A stretch of 62,000 nt of DNA from contig OX597823.1 in the NCBI GenBank assembly GCA_951406725.2, positions 38,212,001 through 38,274,000 of the forward strand, in the 5' to 3' direction. A model generated the notes under the pieces. The model saw only the letters and a program-made list of their open reading frames with translations. It had not been told where the DNA came from and ran no database searches. Positions 12,780-24,934 of the stretch are shown here, one piece after another (within the stretch, counting starts at the first letter, position 1; every line of letters starts with the position of its first letter). The position numbers and the translations under genes are program-made. This DNA is from Octopus vulgaris (Eukaryota).

Positions 12780-12876
<97 letters not shown>

Positions 12877-12878
<2 letters not shown>

Positions 12879-13896
12879 CTATGAAGGTTCAATCTAAGGA
12901 CAGTTGGCCGGCGACCTACTTTGGAATATATCCATTGTTCTGCCAGTTGCGGGTTGATTAATTAGCTCTGGGTAGACCTGCGACCCCTTTCGGGTGGACT
13001 GAAGTTCGTTCTAAATACCCCTTGAAGAAGAGGAAGAAGAAAGTAGTGAGAAAGACAGAGTAAGGGATCTGAGAGCTGTCATGAGAGAGTGACAGCAACA
13101 GCGTCGATGAAGATAGGCAGATAGGGCTGAGAGCAGATAGAGAGAGTATTTGCAGTGCTAAGACAGATTGAGGGTGGTGAGAGAGCAAGAGGTTTTACAC
13201 AGTCGGTTTTTGGGAGTCAAGGCGAGCGGTTGGAATTTAGGCAGTCGGCAGTTGTGGAGTATTGGGACAGAGAGAGATATATACAGAGGAATAGGCGGCT
13301 GATAGAAAGGAAGTACAATATGAGGCGTTGGCTAATGTAAGGTACGTGAATTGTGTATTGATATGTGAAGAAAAAGAAGGAAAAGGAATTGATGTATCGA
13401 AATGTTGAAAAGAAATGAGACAGTAAAAAGGAATTTAATGAACAATGTGAATTGAGTAAAGGACTTGTTGATGTGTCGATTATCGAGTTGTGGTATTTAT
13501 GTTCAGAATTGTGTTGATACTTGTTACAAAAGAAAGTAGAAAAAGACTTTAAAGAACTGTGAACGTTATTTGTTTAATTGGATTTGAACATTGATTTGTA
13601 ACGTGAATTATTTGTGACATGAACATTGTATACCTGTTTCTTGCATGTGTTTTCTTTAATTGATGATGTTATTGAACTTGATGTGTTGTTACCGGACAGT
13701 TATATTGTATCTGCATGTTGTTAAATGCTTTGATCTGTGGTATACCTGTATGATGTATTGAGTTGTTACTTGCATGTCCTCTTTTAAATGTACCTGATAT
13801 GTATTTGATGTTGTAACGATTGATTGTCATAAACTAGTGTTAATGTAAGCCAATTGCCTTGCCTCTTTGTGTCTCTCTCGATTGCCTCTGTGCTGC

Positions 13897-13941
<45 letters not shown>

Positions 13942-14018
13942 ATCTCTCCTCTCCTTTCTGAGTTTCCGTGGCGAAAACATTCGCTGATCGCCTGAGCGAC
14001 GGCAGGTGGTCCGTAACA
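12877..14018 (+). mobile_element. Probable solo LTR (Gypsy-like) inserted in (TA)n
   Basis: 1142 bp starting TG and ending CA; termini TGCTATGAA versus reverse complement TGTTACGGA (three transitions); ATAT on both sides; no coding potential; TATA-like CTAAATACCCC at ~13012 followed by a GA-rich stretch. Confidence 0.6.
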
Positions 14019-14801
14019 ATATATATATATACTATTTTCATATTTTTATTACTTGCTCTAGCTGTTTTTTTATGAATATGATGAATCTTTATTAGAAATC
14101 AGTCTTTCTCTCTTTTTGGACCTATCAAAAAGTTTGAATTGTTCTCTTCTGAACTTACTTTTTCCCTATATATATATGTCAGTTTCTGCCTACCAAATCC
14201 ACTCACAAGGCTTTGGTCAGCCCAAGGCTATAGTAGAATACACTTGCCCAAGGTGAACCTAGAACCATGTGTTTGGGAAGCAAGCTTCTTACCATACAGC
14301 TATGCCTATGTTGTGCTACAGAAGATTCCTAATTATTATCTATGTTGTGTCTTGGATTGTGTTCCATTAAGTTATTTATATGTATACATTTAAATATAAA
14401 TAATATAAGTTAACAAGAATATATGAAAGCTCAAATAAATATTGGCATGGTCATTGATGTCTTCACACCCAACCTGCCAAATATTGTGAATTACCAATGG
14501 AGAATATATTACTAAACTGCTTGCTAACATGATGAGGTCATTGTGTAATTGCTAAACCTGCTCAGTCAGGAGGTGTTACTTCAATTATTGAAGATCATTT
14601 TATTGATAATTGGCAGTGTTGATGAATTTTCATGTCTTATGTTATTAAGTGATTACTGAGTGAACCAATGAGAGAGAGAGTGAGAGTATGTGTGTGTGTG
14701 AGAGAGAGAGAGAGAGACAGAGAGCTAGCTTCTCACAAATTCTTGACTTACTAGAAGTCACAGCTACTTTCTTTAATCAAGAAGGATACAGTATATCTAT
14801 C

Positions 14802-14882
<81 letters not shown>

Positions 14883-15139
14883 CAAAATTGCATTTGACCC
14901 TCTGGCTGACAACTTATGAAGAGTTGGTAGCCTTCTGTGTCTGTTTTCTGTTTATGCATTTATTATTTTTTTTACCTTATATATATATGTGTGCATGTAT
15001 ATAGGTTTGTGTGTGTGTGTAAATATATATATATAGGTGCAGGCATGGGTATGTTGTAAGAGGTTTGCTTCTCAGCCACATCATTCCCGGTTCAGTTTCC
15101 CTGCATGACACCCAACCTGGCTCCTTCCCCTACTCTCAC

Positions 15140-15520
15140 CCATACTGTCACACCTGCCCCTACCTCTCCAACACCACTATCATCACCAGCATCCACCACT
15201 GCCCCTATCACATCACCAACTCTTTTATCTGCACCTACAGCAATGTCATCTACTACATCTACAGCTCTGTTTGTCCTTCCTTGTACATTGGTCAAATGGA
15301 ATGTCGTTTAGCTGATTAGTTCACTGAGCATCTCTGAGACATCGGACTTGGCAATGGGACCCCGGTCTCATGCCACTTCCATTCAACGGCTCATTTGCTA
15401 CAACATCTGTTTATGTTCAGACTGTCTTTGCACAAAGGTCACTCGGAATCCCACCATGCCATGAACAGGAATTAATATTCTCCCTTCATTCTTTTGTTCC
15501 TTATGACCTTAAATCACCAC
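15140..15520 (+). mobile_element. Penelope-like element, GIY-YIG endonuclease remnant (clade 1)
   Basis: TCPY..ITNSFICTYSNVIYYIYSSVCPSLYIGQ..RLAD*FTEHL*DI..PVSCHF: VIY/YIG motif with the intervening Cys pair and EH motif of PLE endonucleases. Confidence 0.85.
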
Positions 15521-16335
15521 TCTGCTTCATCTAGCACCAACCCCACACATATTCCCACACACTTTCCACCTTTAAGTACCCCTTCCCTCCACCCCCACAC
15601 TTGTTCACTGCCTAACTCAATACCCTCACCACACACACCATTATATGAACACCCCTATGCACTGTTCAACTCAGTACCCTCACCATTATGCACACTCACA
15701 TGCACATACATTCACACATGTCTCACTCCACACACACCAGCACCCAATACCTCCCAACTCCTAACTCTCATCACCCCTATCCCACCTCGCACTTCCATGC
15801 ATTCCTCCAGAACACACAGTATTCACTCCTAAAAATACATGCAATGCATATGCACACAACATGCCTGAACACAGACGATATACACACTCACACACAATAT
15901 CTATAGACACATACAACATTTGCTATCTAGCCACAGTAGAAACAGAGAAGAGGTTTGCCAATGTCCTACAGCGTGAAGATCAGAGACTTCCAGATTATTC
16001 CAGATTGCTAGACAATGTGTCAGTGTGAATCGAGATAATGTGGGAGAGAAGTGTATGCATATGGATAACAGAATGCTTGCACTTAGTGATGTGAACAAGA
16101 AAGAAGCATGGAAAAGTTATTATGTGAGACTGTTGAATGTAGAGAATTCATGAGATAAAGGGAGTCTCTCTCTCTCATGTGAATATAGCAGAGGGGCTGG
16201 CTATACTAATGGACAGTAGTGTGGTAGATAGGGCAATTAAAAACATGAAAACTTGGAAAGCCAAATCACAATTCCATCCAGAATCACAACTGAGATGCTC
16301 AAAATATCTGGTAAGGTAGGATATAGGTTAGTCAC

Positions 16336-16560
16336 ATCATCATCATCGTTTAACGTCTGCTTTCCATGCTAGCATGGGTTGGACGATTTTGACTGAGGGC
16401 TGGCGAGCCAGATGGCTGCACCAGGCACCAATCTTGATCTGGCAGAGTTTCTACAGCTGGATGCCCTTCCTAACGCCAACCACTCCGAGAGTGTAGTGGG
16501 TGCTTTTTACGTGCCACTGGCATGGGGGCCAGTCAGGTGGTACTGGCAATGACCTCACAC
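16336..16560 (-). mobile_element. Short RTE-tail element (non-autonomous or extreme 5' truncation)
   Basis: Matches 19515-19790 and 48540-48905 (GCACCCACTACACTCTCGGAGTGGTTGGCGTTAGGAAGGGCATCCAGC..(GAT)n). Confidence 0.8.
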
Positions 16561-18256
16561 AAATCACCTGCATAGTTAGTCAGATCATTCAAGAAGGTGT
16601 AATACCCAGTGAATAGTGTAGCAGTATAATTGTTAGCTGCTATAAGGGTAAGGGTGATGCTTTAGATAGAAGCAATTATAGAGGCATCAATCTCCTGGAC
16701 CAGGTGATGAAAATTATGGAGAGAGTTATAGTCCAATTAATTAGGAGCAGAATTAGGCTAGACGAAATGCAGTTCAGCTTTGCCTGGGGAAGAAGCACTA
16801 CTGATGCTATTTTCATAGTCAGGCAACTGCAAGAGAAATACTTGGTTAAGAATAAGCCATTATACTTGGCATTCATTTGATCAAGAGAAAGCCATCTATA
16901 GAGTGCTCTGCTGTGTGATATGGTGGGCTCTGGGGAGGCTAGGAGGCTAGGGATAGATGAATGGCTGGTGAAAGCTGTATAGACCATGTGCAAAGACATT
17001 CAGTCATTAGTCCACTCCTCTTCATCATTGTCCTCTAGGCTATAACCTGGGAATTCAAGACTGGCAGCCCCTGGGAACTACTATATACTGATGATCTTGC
17101 CTTCATAGCAGATTCCATGTCAGAGCTAGATGAGAAATTCCAGATGGGGAAGCAAAATCTGGAATCTAAGGGCTTTGTGGTTAACTTAGCAAAGACTAAG
17201 GTTCTAGTAAGCAAAAAACTGACAGGACTCTACTCCTCTCAGGTAGGTGGCCCTGTTCGATTCGTAGGAAAAGTGTGGGCAGGAACTCCATTTGGTGTTC
17301 TCAGTATAAGCTATGGTTGCACAAGAGGTGCGGTGGATTAATATGAAGGTTATCAGATAGTTTTCATATGTGGAAGATGCATAGGATCCATAAAAACTTT
17401 AGAGTCTCAGGAAATTGATTCTCTCAAATGCCCTGGTGGCTCATTATAGGTAATAGATCATTTCTACAACCTAGGGGACCAAATTAGTAGTGGGAGAGGA
17501 TGCACAGAGGGTGTGATAACTAGAATGAGAATAGGATTGAAGAAATTCAGAGGCTGTTACCTTTGTTGGTCAGAGAAGGTTTCTCTCTTCGAGTGAAAGG
17601 AAGATTGTATGATGCATGTATACGGACAGTAATTCTACATGATAGTGAGATGTGGGCCCTGAATGCAGAGGGCAAGTGAAGTTTAGAAAGGAATGAGGCT
17701 AGTATGCTCTGCTGGATGTGTAATGTAACTGTACATGTTCAACAGAGTGCTAATGTTTTGAGAGAGCAGTTAGGTATAAGAAGAATTAGTTGCTGCATGC
17801 AAGAGAGAAAACTGAGCTGGTTTGGTCATGTGATGTAGATGGATGCGATGCTAACAGCTCCATAAAGAAGTGCCAACCTCTCGAGGAAATGGAAGACCCA
17901 GGAAGTCATAGTATGAAGTACCTCAGAACGACCTCAGAACGCTGAACCTTTCAGGTGAAATGACAAAGGACCAATATGCCTGGTGCCTTGCTGTATTCAA
18001 GAAGACCTATACCCTGCAACAGAAATGTTAAGTTTGGTCCCTCTGGTAGTCTTAACCTCCCAACCTCTAACTCATGGTAGTGCCACATAAAAGGACCCAA
18101 GCAGTGCCACGTAAAACCACCTGTACAGAACCATGTAAAACTGCCTATGTGGAGACACATAAAAGCACCGATGTGGTTCCATGTAAAAGCACTCAGCACA
18201 CTCTGAAAGGTGGTTGTCATTAGGAAGAGTATCCAACTATAGAAACCATGCCAAAT

Positions 18257-18489
18257 GAAGGCAGTGAGCAGCCAGAAACGTTAGCACACCAGGTGAAATG
18301 CTTAGCGGTATTTCGCTGCCGTTACATTCTGAGTTCAAATTCCGCTGGGGTCAACTTTGCCTTTCATCCTTTTGGGATCGATAAATTAAGTCCCAGTTAC
18401 GCACTGGGGTCGATGTAATCGACTTAATCCCTTTGTCTGTCCTTGCTTGTCCCCTCTATGTTTAGCCCCTTGTGGGCAATGAAGAAATA
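18257..18489 (+). mobile_element. SINE family A with 16-bp target-site duplication
   Basis: AGAAACCATGCCAAAT at 18241-18256 and 18490-18505; B-box-like GAGTTCAAATTCC; central TTTGCCTTTCATCCTTT..GATAAATTAAGT domain. Confidence 0.9.
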
Positions 18490-19258
18490 AGAAACCATGC
18501 CAAATCAGACTGGAATTTGGTGCAGCTCCCCAGCTTGCTTGGTCTGCTCAAAGCATCCAATCCATGCCAGCATGGACAATGCTATATAAATTAATGGTAA
18601 AATATCTCTTTACCTTCACCCATTTAGTACACTAGATAATGTAATTGCAATGCAATGAAAAAACACTTGTGTATTAATAATTGGGTATTCTACCAGCAGT
18701 ATATTGGATAGATATTATCCCTTGGTTGGATTCACAACCTCTAACTTTCTTGGAGTTATATATATAATATATACATATATCCGAAATGTACAGTATTATA
18801 TATCCATCATGGCTGATCTTACCAATCAGTTTTGCGCAAGAAATACAATGGAGTGTCAGGTAACAATTTGATTATATAACTTTATACTCACCAAAGTTAG
18901 CTGATATGGAAGGTAATATCATTGTCATGTAATGACTGTCTTCCATGTTGACATGGGTTAGATGGTTTGAAAGGGACTGGTAAGCCAGAGGGCTGCCCCA
19001 AGCTCTACTGTCTGCTTTGGTATGGATTTTAAGGCTGGATACTCTTCCTAATGCCATCTATGATCATGTCTTTGTATTTTTCCCCCTGCCATCCCATGAC
19101 TTGGTAGTTTTGCAAAAGAGACCAATAGAATAAGTACCAGGCTTTTAAAAAATCAGTACTGGGGTTAATTCATTCAAAGGAAAAATGCTTCTATGAGGTG
19201 TTCCAGTATGGCTGTCATCTAATGATTGAAACAAAAAAAAGAAAGATGTATATGTATG

Positions 19259-19290
<32 letters not shown>

Positions 19291-19514
19291 TGTATGTATG
19301 TATGTATGTATGTATGTATGTATGTATGTATGTATGTATGTATGTATGTATGTATGTATGTATGTATGTATGTATGGATGGATGTGTGTGTATGTATGTA
19401 TATGTATGTATGTACCTATATGTATGTATGTATGTGTGTGTATGTATGTATATGTATGTGCATAGATATGCATATGTATATGCTTACACATGCATGCATA
19501 ACATATGTATGTAT

Positions 19515-19790
19515 TGCTAGTGCCACTAGACTGGCTCCTGTGCAGGTGGCACATAAAAAAGCACCATTTGAGTGTGGTCACTGCCAGTATCGCCTGACTG
19601 GCCCTCGTGCCGGTGGCATGTAAAACCACCCACTACACTCTTGGAGTGGCTGGCATTAGGAAGGGCATCCAGCTGTAGAAACTCTACCAAATCAGATTGG
19701 AGCCTGGTGCAGCCATCTGGTTCGCCAGTCCCCAGTTAAATCGTCCAACCCATGCTATCATGGAAAGCAGACGTTAAACAATGATGATAA
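19515..19790 (+). mobile_element. Short RTE-tail element
   Basis: Same family as 16336-16560 and 48540-48905; ends in (GAT)n-like tail. Confidence 0.8.
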
Positions 19791-20104
19791 TGATTTCCCT
19801 TTTGCTTTGTTTCTCTTCCTTTGTTTTGTTTGTGTTTTCTTTTTGTTTGTAAAATGCTAAAAATAGTATTTCAGTATAGGAATACAAAGTGAAAAATAAA
19901 AATCTGATCTAACTGTGCTTTTTATTTTACACATACAAGGAGATGCATATGCCACTATTGCAGAATGATGTTAATTGATGCAATATTGTTTATATATAAC
20001 TTACAGCAATGAACAGCTGGTAATGACATGTTGAAACAACTGTAGTGATATATGTAATAAAGAATGTTCAATCCATTTTGTCTTATTAATATTTTTGTAT
20101 GTTT

Positions 20105-20505
20105 ATAAGGTGGTGTGCTGGCAAAATGCTGAGCAGCATTTTGTCTGTCTTTACATCCTGAGTTCAAATTCTGCTGAGGTTGACCTTGCCTTTCATCCTT
20201 TTGTGATTGATAAAATAAGTACCAGTTGAACACTGATGCTGATCTAACTATCTAAACCCTACTCTGAAATTGCTGGCCTTGTGCCAAAAATTGAAACAAA
20301 TTGAGCAGCGAGCTGGCAGAATTGTTATCATGCCAGGCAAAATGGGGAGTAACATTTCATCTGTCATCTTGTTCTGAGTTCAAATTCAAGGTCGACTTTG
20401 CCTTTCATCCTCTCAAGATTGATAAAATAAGTACTAGCTGAGCTCTGAGGTTGATGTAGTTGACTTACTCACTCCTCCAAACTTGCTGGCCTTGTGCCAA
20501 AATTT
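20105..20505 (+). mobile_element. Two tandem SINE family A copies
   Basis: Two consecutive copies of the GAGTTCAAATTC..TTGCCTTTCATCC..GATAAAATAAGTAC..GGCCTTGTGCCAAAA pattern. Confidence 0.8.
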
Positions 20506-20550
20506 TGTATGTATATATTTTTATATGTGTGTGTATATATATATACATAT

Positions 20551-21490
20551 ATAGGAAAAAAGCAACAAGAATGGATTAAAATCTCGGTACGATCGTTTCG
20601 TACGAGGACATCTTTAATAAGCTACAAAAAATGCAGTGAATACAGATGGCTCGTACTCGTCAGCCGAAAAACATCAGAGAATTCCCAAACATCAAAAGGG
20701 GTAGATACAAAAGAGGTTGTAAGATTAGCTGCATTGAAGAAAGTTCGATTCGTGGAGATCCGATGAAAGGTTTTAAAGCTATAGAATTTATGCATGTCTA
20801 CATATAGCTCATATTGAATATTTGATCAAGTTGTGTGAAGAAATTTTCGGATACAGTCATGCAAAATTTCTGAAAATCCCGCTACAATATAAGACTGTCA
20901 TTTTGCTTCTCATTTGGATTCCCTGATATTTTTCGCATGATTGTACCCTAAATCTCTTCACAAAACTGGATTATGAACTATAAGGACATACACATATTTT
21001 GTAAGTTCAAGACTTTTTCATCGGATCTCCAAAAAATCGAACTTATCTGCGATTCTTGTAAATGTCAATAACAATCTGTTCCTCTACACGATATGACAGT
21101 CACTTTGCTTTTACTCAGACTTTCCTCTACATGATATGGCAGTCACTTTGCCTCTTACTCGGATTTTCAGAAATTTTGCATGACTGTATCCGAAAATTTC
21201 TTCACACAACTTGATCAAATATTCAATATGAGCTATATGTAGACATGCATAAATTCTATAGCTTTAAAACCTTTCATCGGATCTCCACGAATCGAACTTT
21301 CTTCAATGCAGCTAATCTTACAACCTCTTTTGTATCTACCCCTTTTGATGTTTGGGAATTCTCTGATGTTTTTTCGGCTGACGAGTACGAGCCATCTGTA
21401 TTCACTGCATTTTTTGTAGCTTATTAAAGATGTCCTCGTACGAAACGATCGTACCGAGATTTTAATCCATTCTTGTTGCTTTTTTCCTAT
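20551..21490. mobile_element. Young foldback element with near-perfect 329/330-bp inverted arms
   Basis: 20551-20879 is the reverse complement of 21161-21490 except one A/T-run indel (base-by-base check); 281-bp spacer. Confidence 0.95.
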
Positions 21491-21607
21491 TTGTAATCAC
21501 CCCACTTGTCGTATGGTTAACACCATATAGATTTCCGGTGCATCCTAGTTAAGGACCATATTCAAGTGAATTCTTTAGAATTCACTAGAATCTCAATTAC
21601 TTAACCG

Positions 21608-21826
<219 letters not shown>

Positions 21827-22368
21827 GTATTTGCTGGGGATTGCTGGGGAGGGTTAGCACCTATGGTCTTTGCAGTTATCCTAGACTGGTGAGATCAATA
21901 TCATTCATTAATGTTCTTTTAACAAAAGTTTAGGAAAGAAGGACTAAACATAGTAATTAGTGTAAGGCTTGGACAGGAGGGAGAGTGTTGGAGACAACAA
22001 AGATAATGAGAGGAGAAGAGACAAGTGGTTAGGGAAAACCTGAATGGAGCTCATGACGTGCACCCAGACTGTCTCAAGGAGCAGAGGCCATTATAGTAGT
22101 GGTAGAAATAGCAGAGGGAGGATGATTGTGGCTAGGAAATCTTTGATCAAGGATGACATGTTGCAGTAATATTGATATGAAATATTTTGGTGATCAAAAC
22201 TGTGTAATCTGCATCATGTTTTGGTGGAGAATGTTGCTGGGAAATTGCCATAAGTGATCATAGTTTATAGTGAGTTAGGGCTCCAAACACTAAGTGATCA
22301 TGTTGTAGTGATGGGTGGGAATAATGATGGCAGCAGTGGAGATGGAGTGGTGATAGTGGTGGTGGTTG

Positions 22369-22400
<32 letters not shown>

Positions 22401-22608
22401 ATGATGATAATGGTGGTGATAGTGATGGTGATGGTGGTGCTGATTATGTGCCATATCTATCATTAAATGAACCGTACCTGACATTATTGCTTTTGGTACA
22501 GTGAAAAATTTGGTCCAGAGAAAATTGATTTTCCAATTGATTTTATTATAGACATTGTTTTACTTACTTCAATACATTACAAGTGTACACACATACACAC
22601 ACCTATAT

Positions 22609-22725
<117 letters not shown>

Positions 22726-22847
22726 CACACATATAAGATATATATATATTATGTATAACCCATGCTATCATGGAAAGTGGACGCTAAACGATGATGATGA
22801 TGACACACACACACATATATATATATATATAATGCAGTTCTATATTT

Positions 22848-22984
22848 AAATGATGAGGAATTATGTGCATTATTTACATTTGAAGGATATTTCATCTTGT
22901 TTCGGATGATATACCCTCCAGCCTTCATCAGTTATCTTGAGGGAAATTTCAAACCTGAGTTCTCATTCCTAAGGTATTTTTTGA

Positions 22985-23073
<89 letters not shown>

Positions 23074-23313
23074 TCACTGCCTGGAATCAAACTTGGGATC
23101 TTGGCGTTAGTAGCCCAAGATTCCAAGTTCGATTCCAGGCAGTGTCCTGAATAATGATAATAATAATAATAATAATGATAATAATAATAATAATAATAAT
23201 AATAACATCGAAAAAGACCTTAGGAATGAGAACCCATGTTTGAAATTTCCCCAAGATACCTGATTAAGGCTGGAGTGAGGACAAACATCCATCAAATGTA
23301 AATAATGTAAATA
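22848..23313. mobile_element. Head-to-head hairpin of a tRNA-headed, (AAT)n-containing element with hammerhead-like tail
   Basis: 22861-23104 pairs with 23115-23313 around a 10-nt spacer; B-box-like AGTTCGATTCC at 23126-23136; CTGATGA..GAAAC on minus strand at 22899-22931. Confidence 0.85.
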
Positions 23314-23334
23314 ATATATATATATTCATCCTTT

Positions 23335-23570
23335 TACTCTTTTACTTCTTTCAGTCATTTGACTGCAGCCATGCTGAAGCACTGTTATAGAAATCAACCC
23401 CAGAACTTATTCTTTATAAGCCTAGTACTTATTCCATCAGTCTATTTTGCCGAACCACTAAGCTATGGCAACATAAACACACCAAAAGTGGTTGTCAAAT
23501 GATGGTGTGAGGACTTACACAAACACACAAATACATACATACATACAAACATATATATATACATATACAT

Positions 23571-23635
<65 letters not shown>

Positions 23636-24105
23636 AAATTACAGTCTTAAAGATATCGTTAAATTCCATGAATTAACAAGAAGAGTGAGATGGAAGGCTC
23701 TCTTCGATGATAAATAACAGAGTACAGAAGAGAACTTATCCAATAATACCAACGAGGAACTTACCAAAATTAGAAGCAATTTTAAATCTAGAAAAGTCCC
23801 CCCAGCAAACTGAAAATTAGAAAATTTTGAAGATAGTGTATGGAAACTACTTAAAAATATCAAATTTAAGAAAAACCATATATTAAAGTACAAATTCAAA
23901 GAGCTTAGTAAATTATATATATATATATATATTACATACATGCATACATACGAAGTGCTTCTTTCAGTTTCCCTCAAATAAATCCACTCACAAGGCTTTG
24001 GTCGGACCATGACTATAGAAGATACTTGCCCAAGGTGCCACACAGTGGGACTGAACCTGGAACCATGTGGTTGGAAAGCAATCACACAGCCACTCCTGCA
24101 CCTAT
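23335..24105 (-). mobile_element. Bipartite SINE family B (head 23945-24105, tail 23335-23520) split at its internal microsatellite
   Basis: Head and tail halves match intact copies at 41690-42108 and 47045-47445; a PLE fragment sits between them. Confidence 0.8.
23640..23910 (+). mobile_element. Penelope-like element, N-terminal ORF remnant
   Basis: VKFHELTRRVRWKALF..FKSRKVPPAN*KLENFEDSVWKLLKNIKF resembles the conserved N-terminus of PLE ORFs; two stops; bounded by (TA)n. Confidence 0.7.
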
Positions 24106-24249
24106 AAATATATATACATATATATATATATATATACAAATATATATGTATACATGTATGTATGTGTGCGTGCATACATGTGTGTATGTGTGTATTTGAG
24201 TAGAAATGCAGAAATAATAGAAACATTAGTTGGCTCATATTCCACGAGG

Positions 24250-24930
24250 GTGATCCCACCAAGGGAAAATCTGGCATTGTCAGAGGCAGATCCAGCTGGT
24301 TTCCTCGAATGTTTCCTAAACCAGGATGAGTGTTAGATTCATCACTTTGAGTCAAAGACAAAGAAGCAATCAATGTAGTGGGAAACCCTACCTCACCTGT
24401 TTCAAAGAAAACCAAGGTTGTTTCATCTGCAGGAAAAGTGATGGACTCTGTTTTTTGGGGGGTATGTAAAAGGCATTGTGTTTAACTATCTTTGAAAGGG
24501 CCACACTATCAATGGAGAATACTATGCAAACTTGCTGAGGCAGTTATCAAAGGCTATCAAGAACAAACACCAGGAAAACTGACAAAAAGGGCCTTGTTTC
24601 TTCAGCACAATGCTCCAACACACAAGTCCTTGGTTTCAATGGCTGCTCTGCATGACTGTGGCTTTGAACTGGTTGATCAGCCTCCCTATTTTCCCAATTT
24701 GCTCCCATCTGACTATCATTTGTTCCCCAACATAAAAAAAAAACACTTGGCTGGGAACCAGTATTGCAGTGATGAGGACAACATATCTACTGTTGATGAC
24801 TTTTTTGACCAACAGGATGACAGCTCCTTCACCAATGAGATCCAAGTACTGCAACACTGATGGAAGGAATGTGTGGACTGCTAGAGGGACTATGTTGAAA
24901 AGTAAACCTCATTTGGTCACATTCCAATAA
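24250..24930 (+). mobile_element. mariner transposase catalytic fragment (D,D34D)
   Basis: FLTQDE-like motif near 24320, SAGKVM, FLQHNAPTHKS, PPYFPNLLPSDYHLF, and C-terminal ..*WKECV..DYVEK*. Confidence 0.9.
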
Positions 24931-24934
24931 TACC

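Larger units (their letters stand above)
15870..18590 (+). mobile_element. RTE-clade LINE, 5'-truncated and degenerate, with two nested insertions
   Basis: Fragments such as FSFAWGRSTTDAIF, LLYTDDLAF, NLAKTKVLVS, YDACIRTVILH; 3' UTR runs to ~18590; interrupted at 16336-16560 and 18257-18489. Confidence 0.85.

Noticed and set aside
15065-15319. Mucin-like Thr/Pro/Ser ORFs (15105-15311, 15092-15295)
   Set aside because: Alternative frames of the decayed Penelope GIY-YIG fragment.
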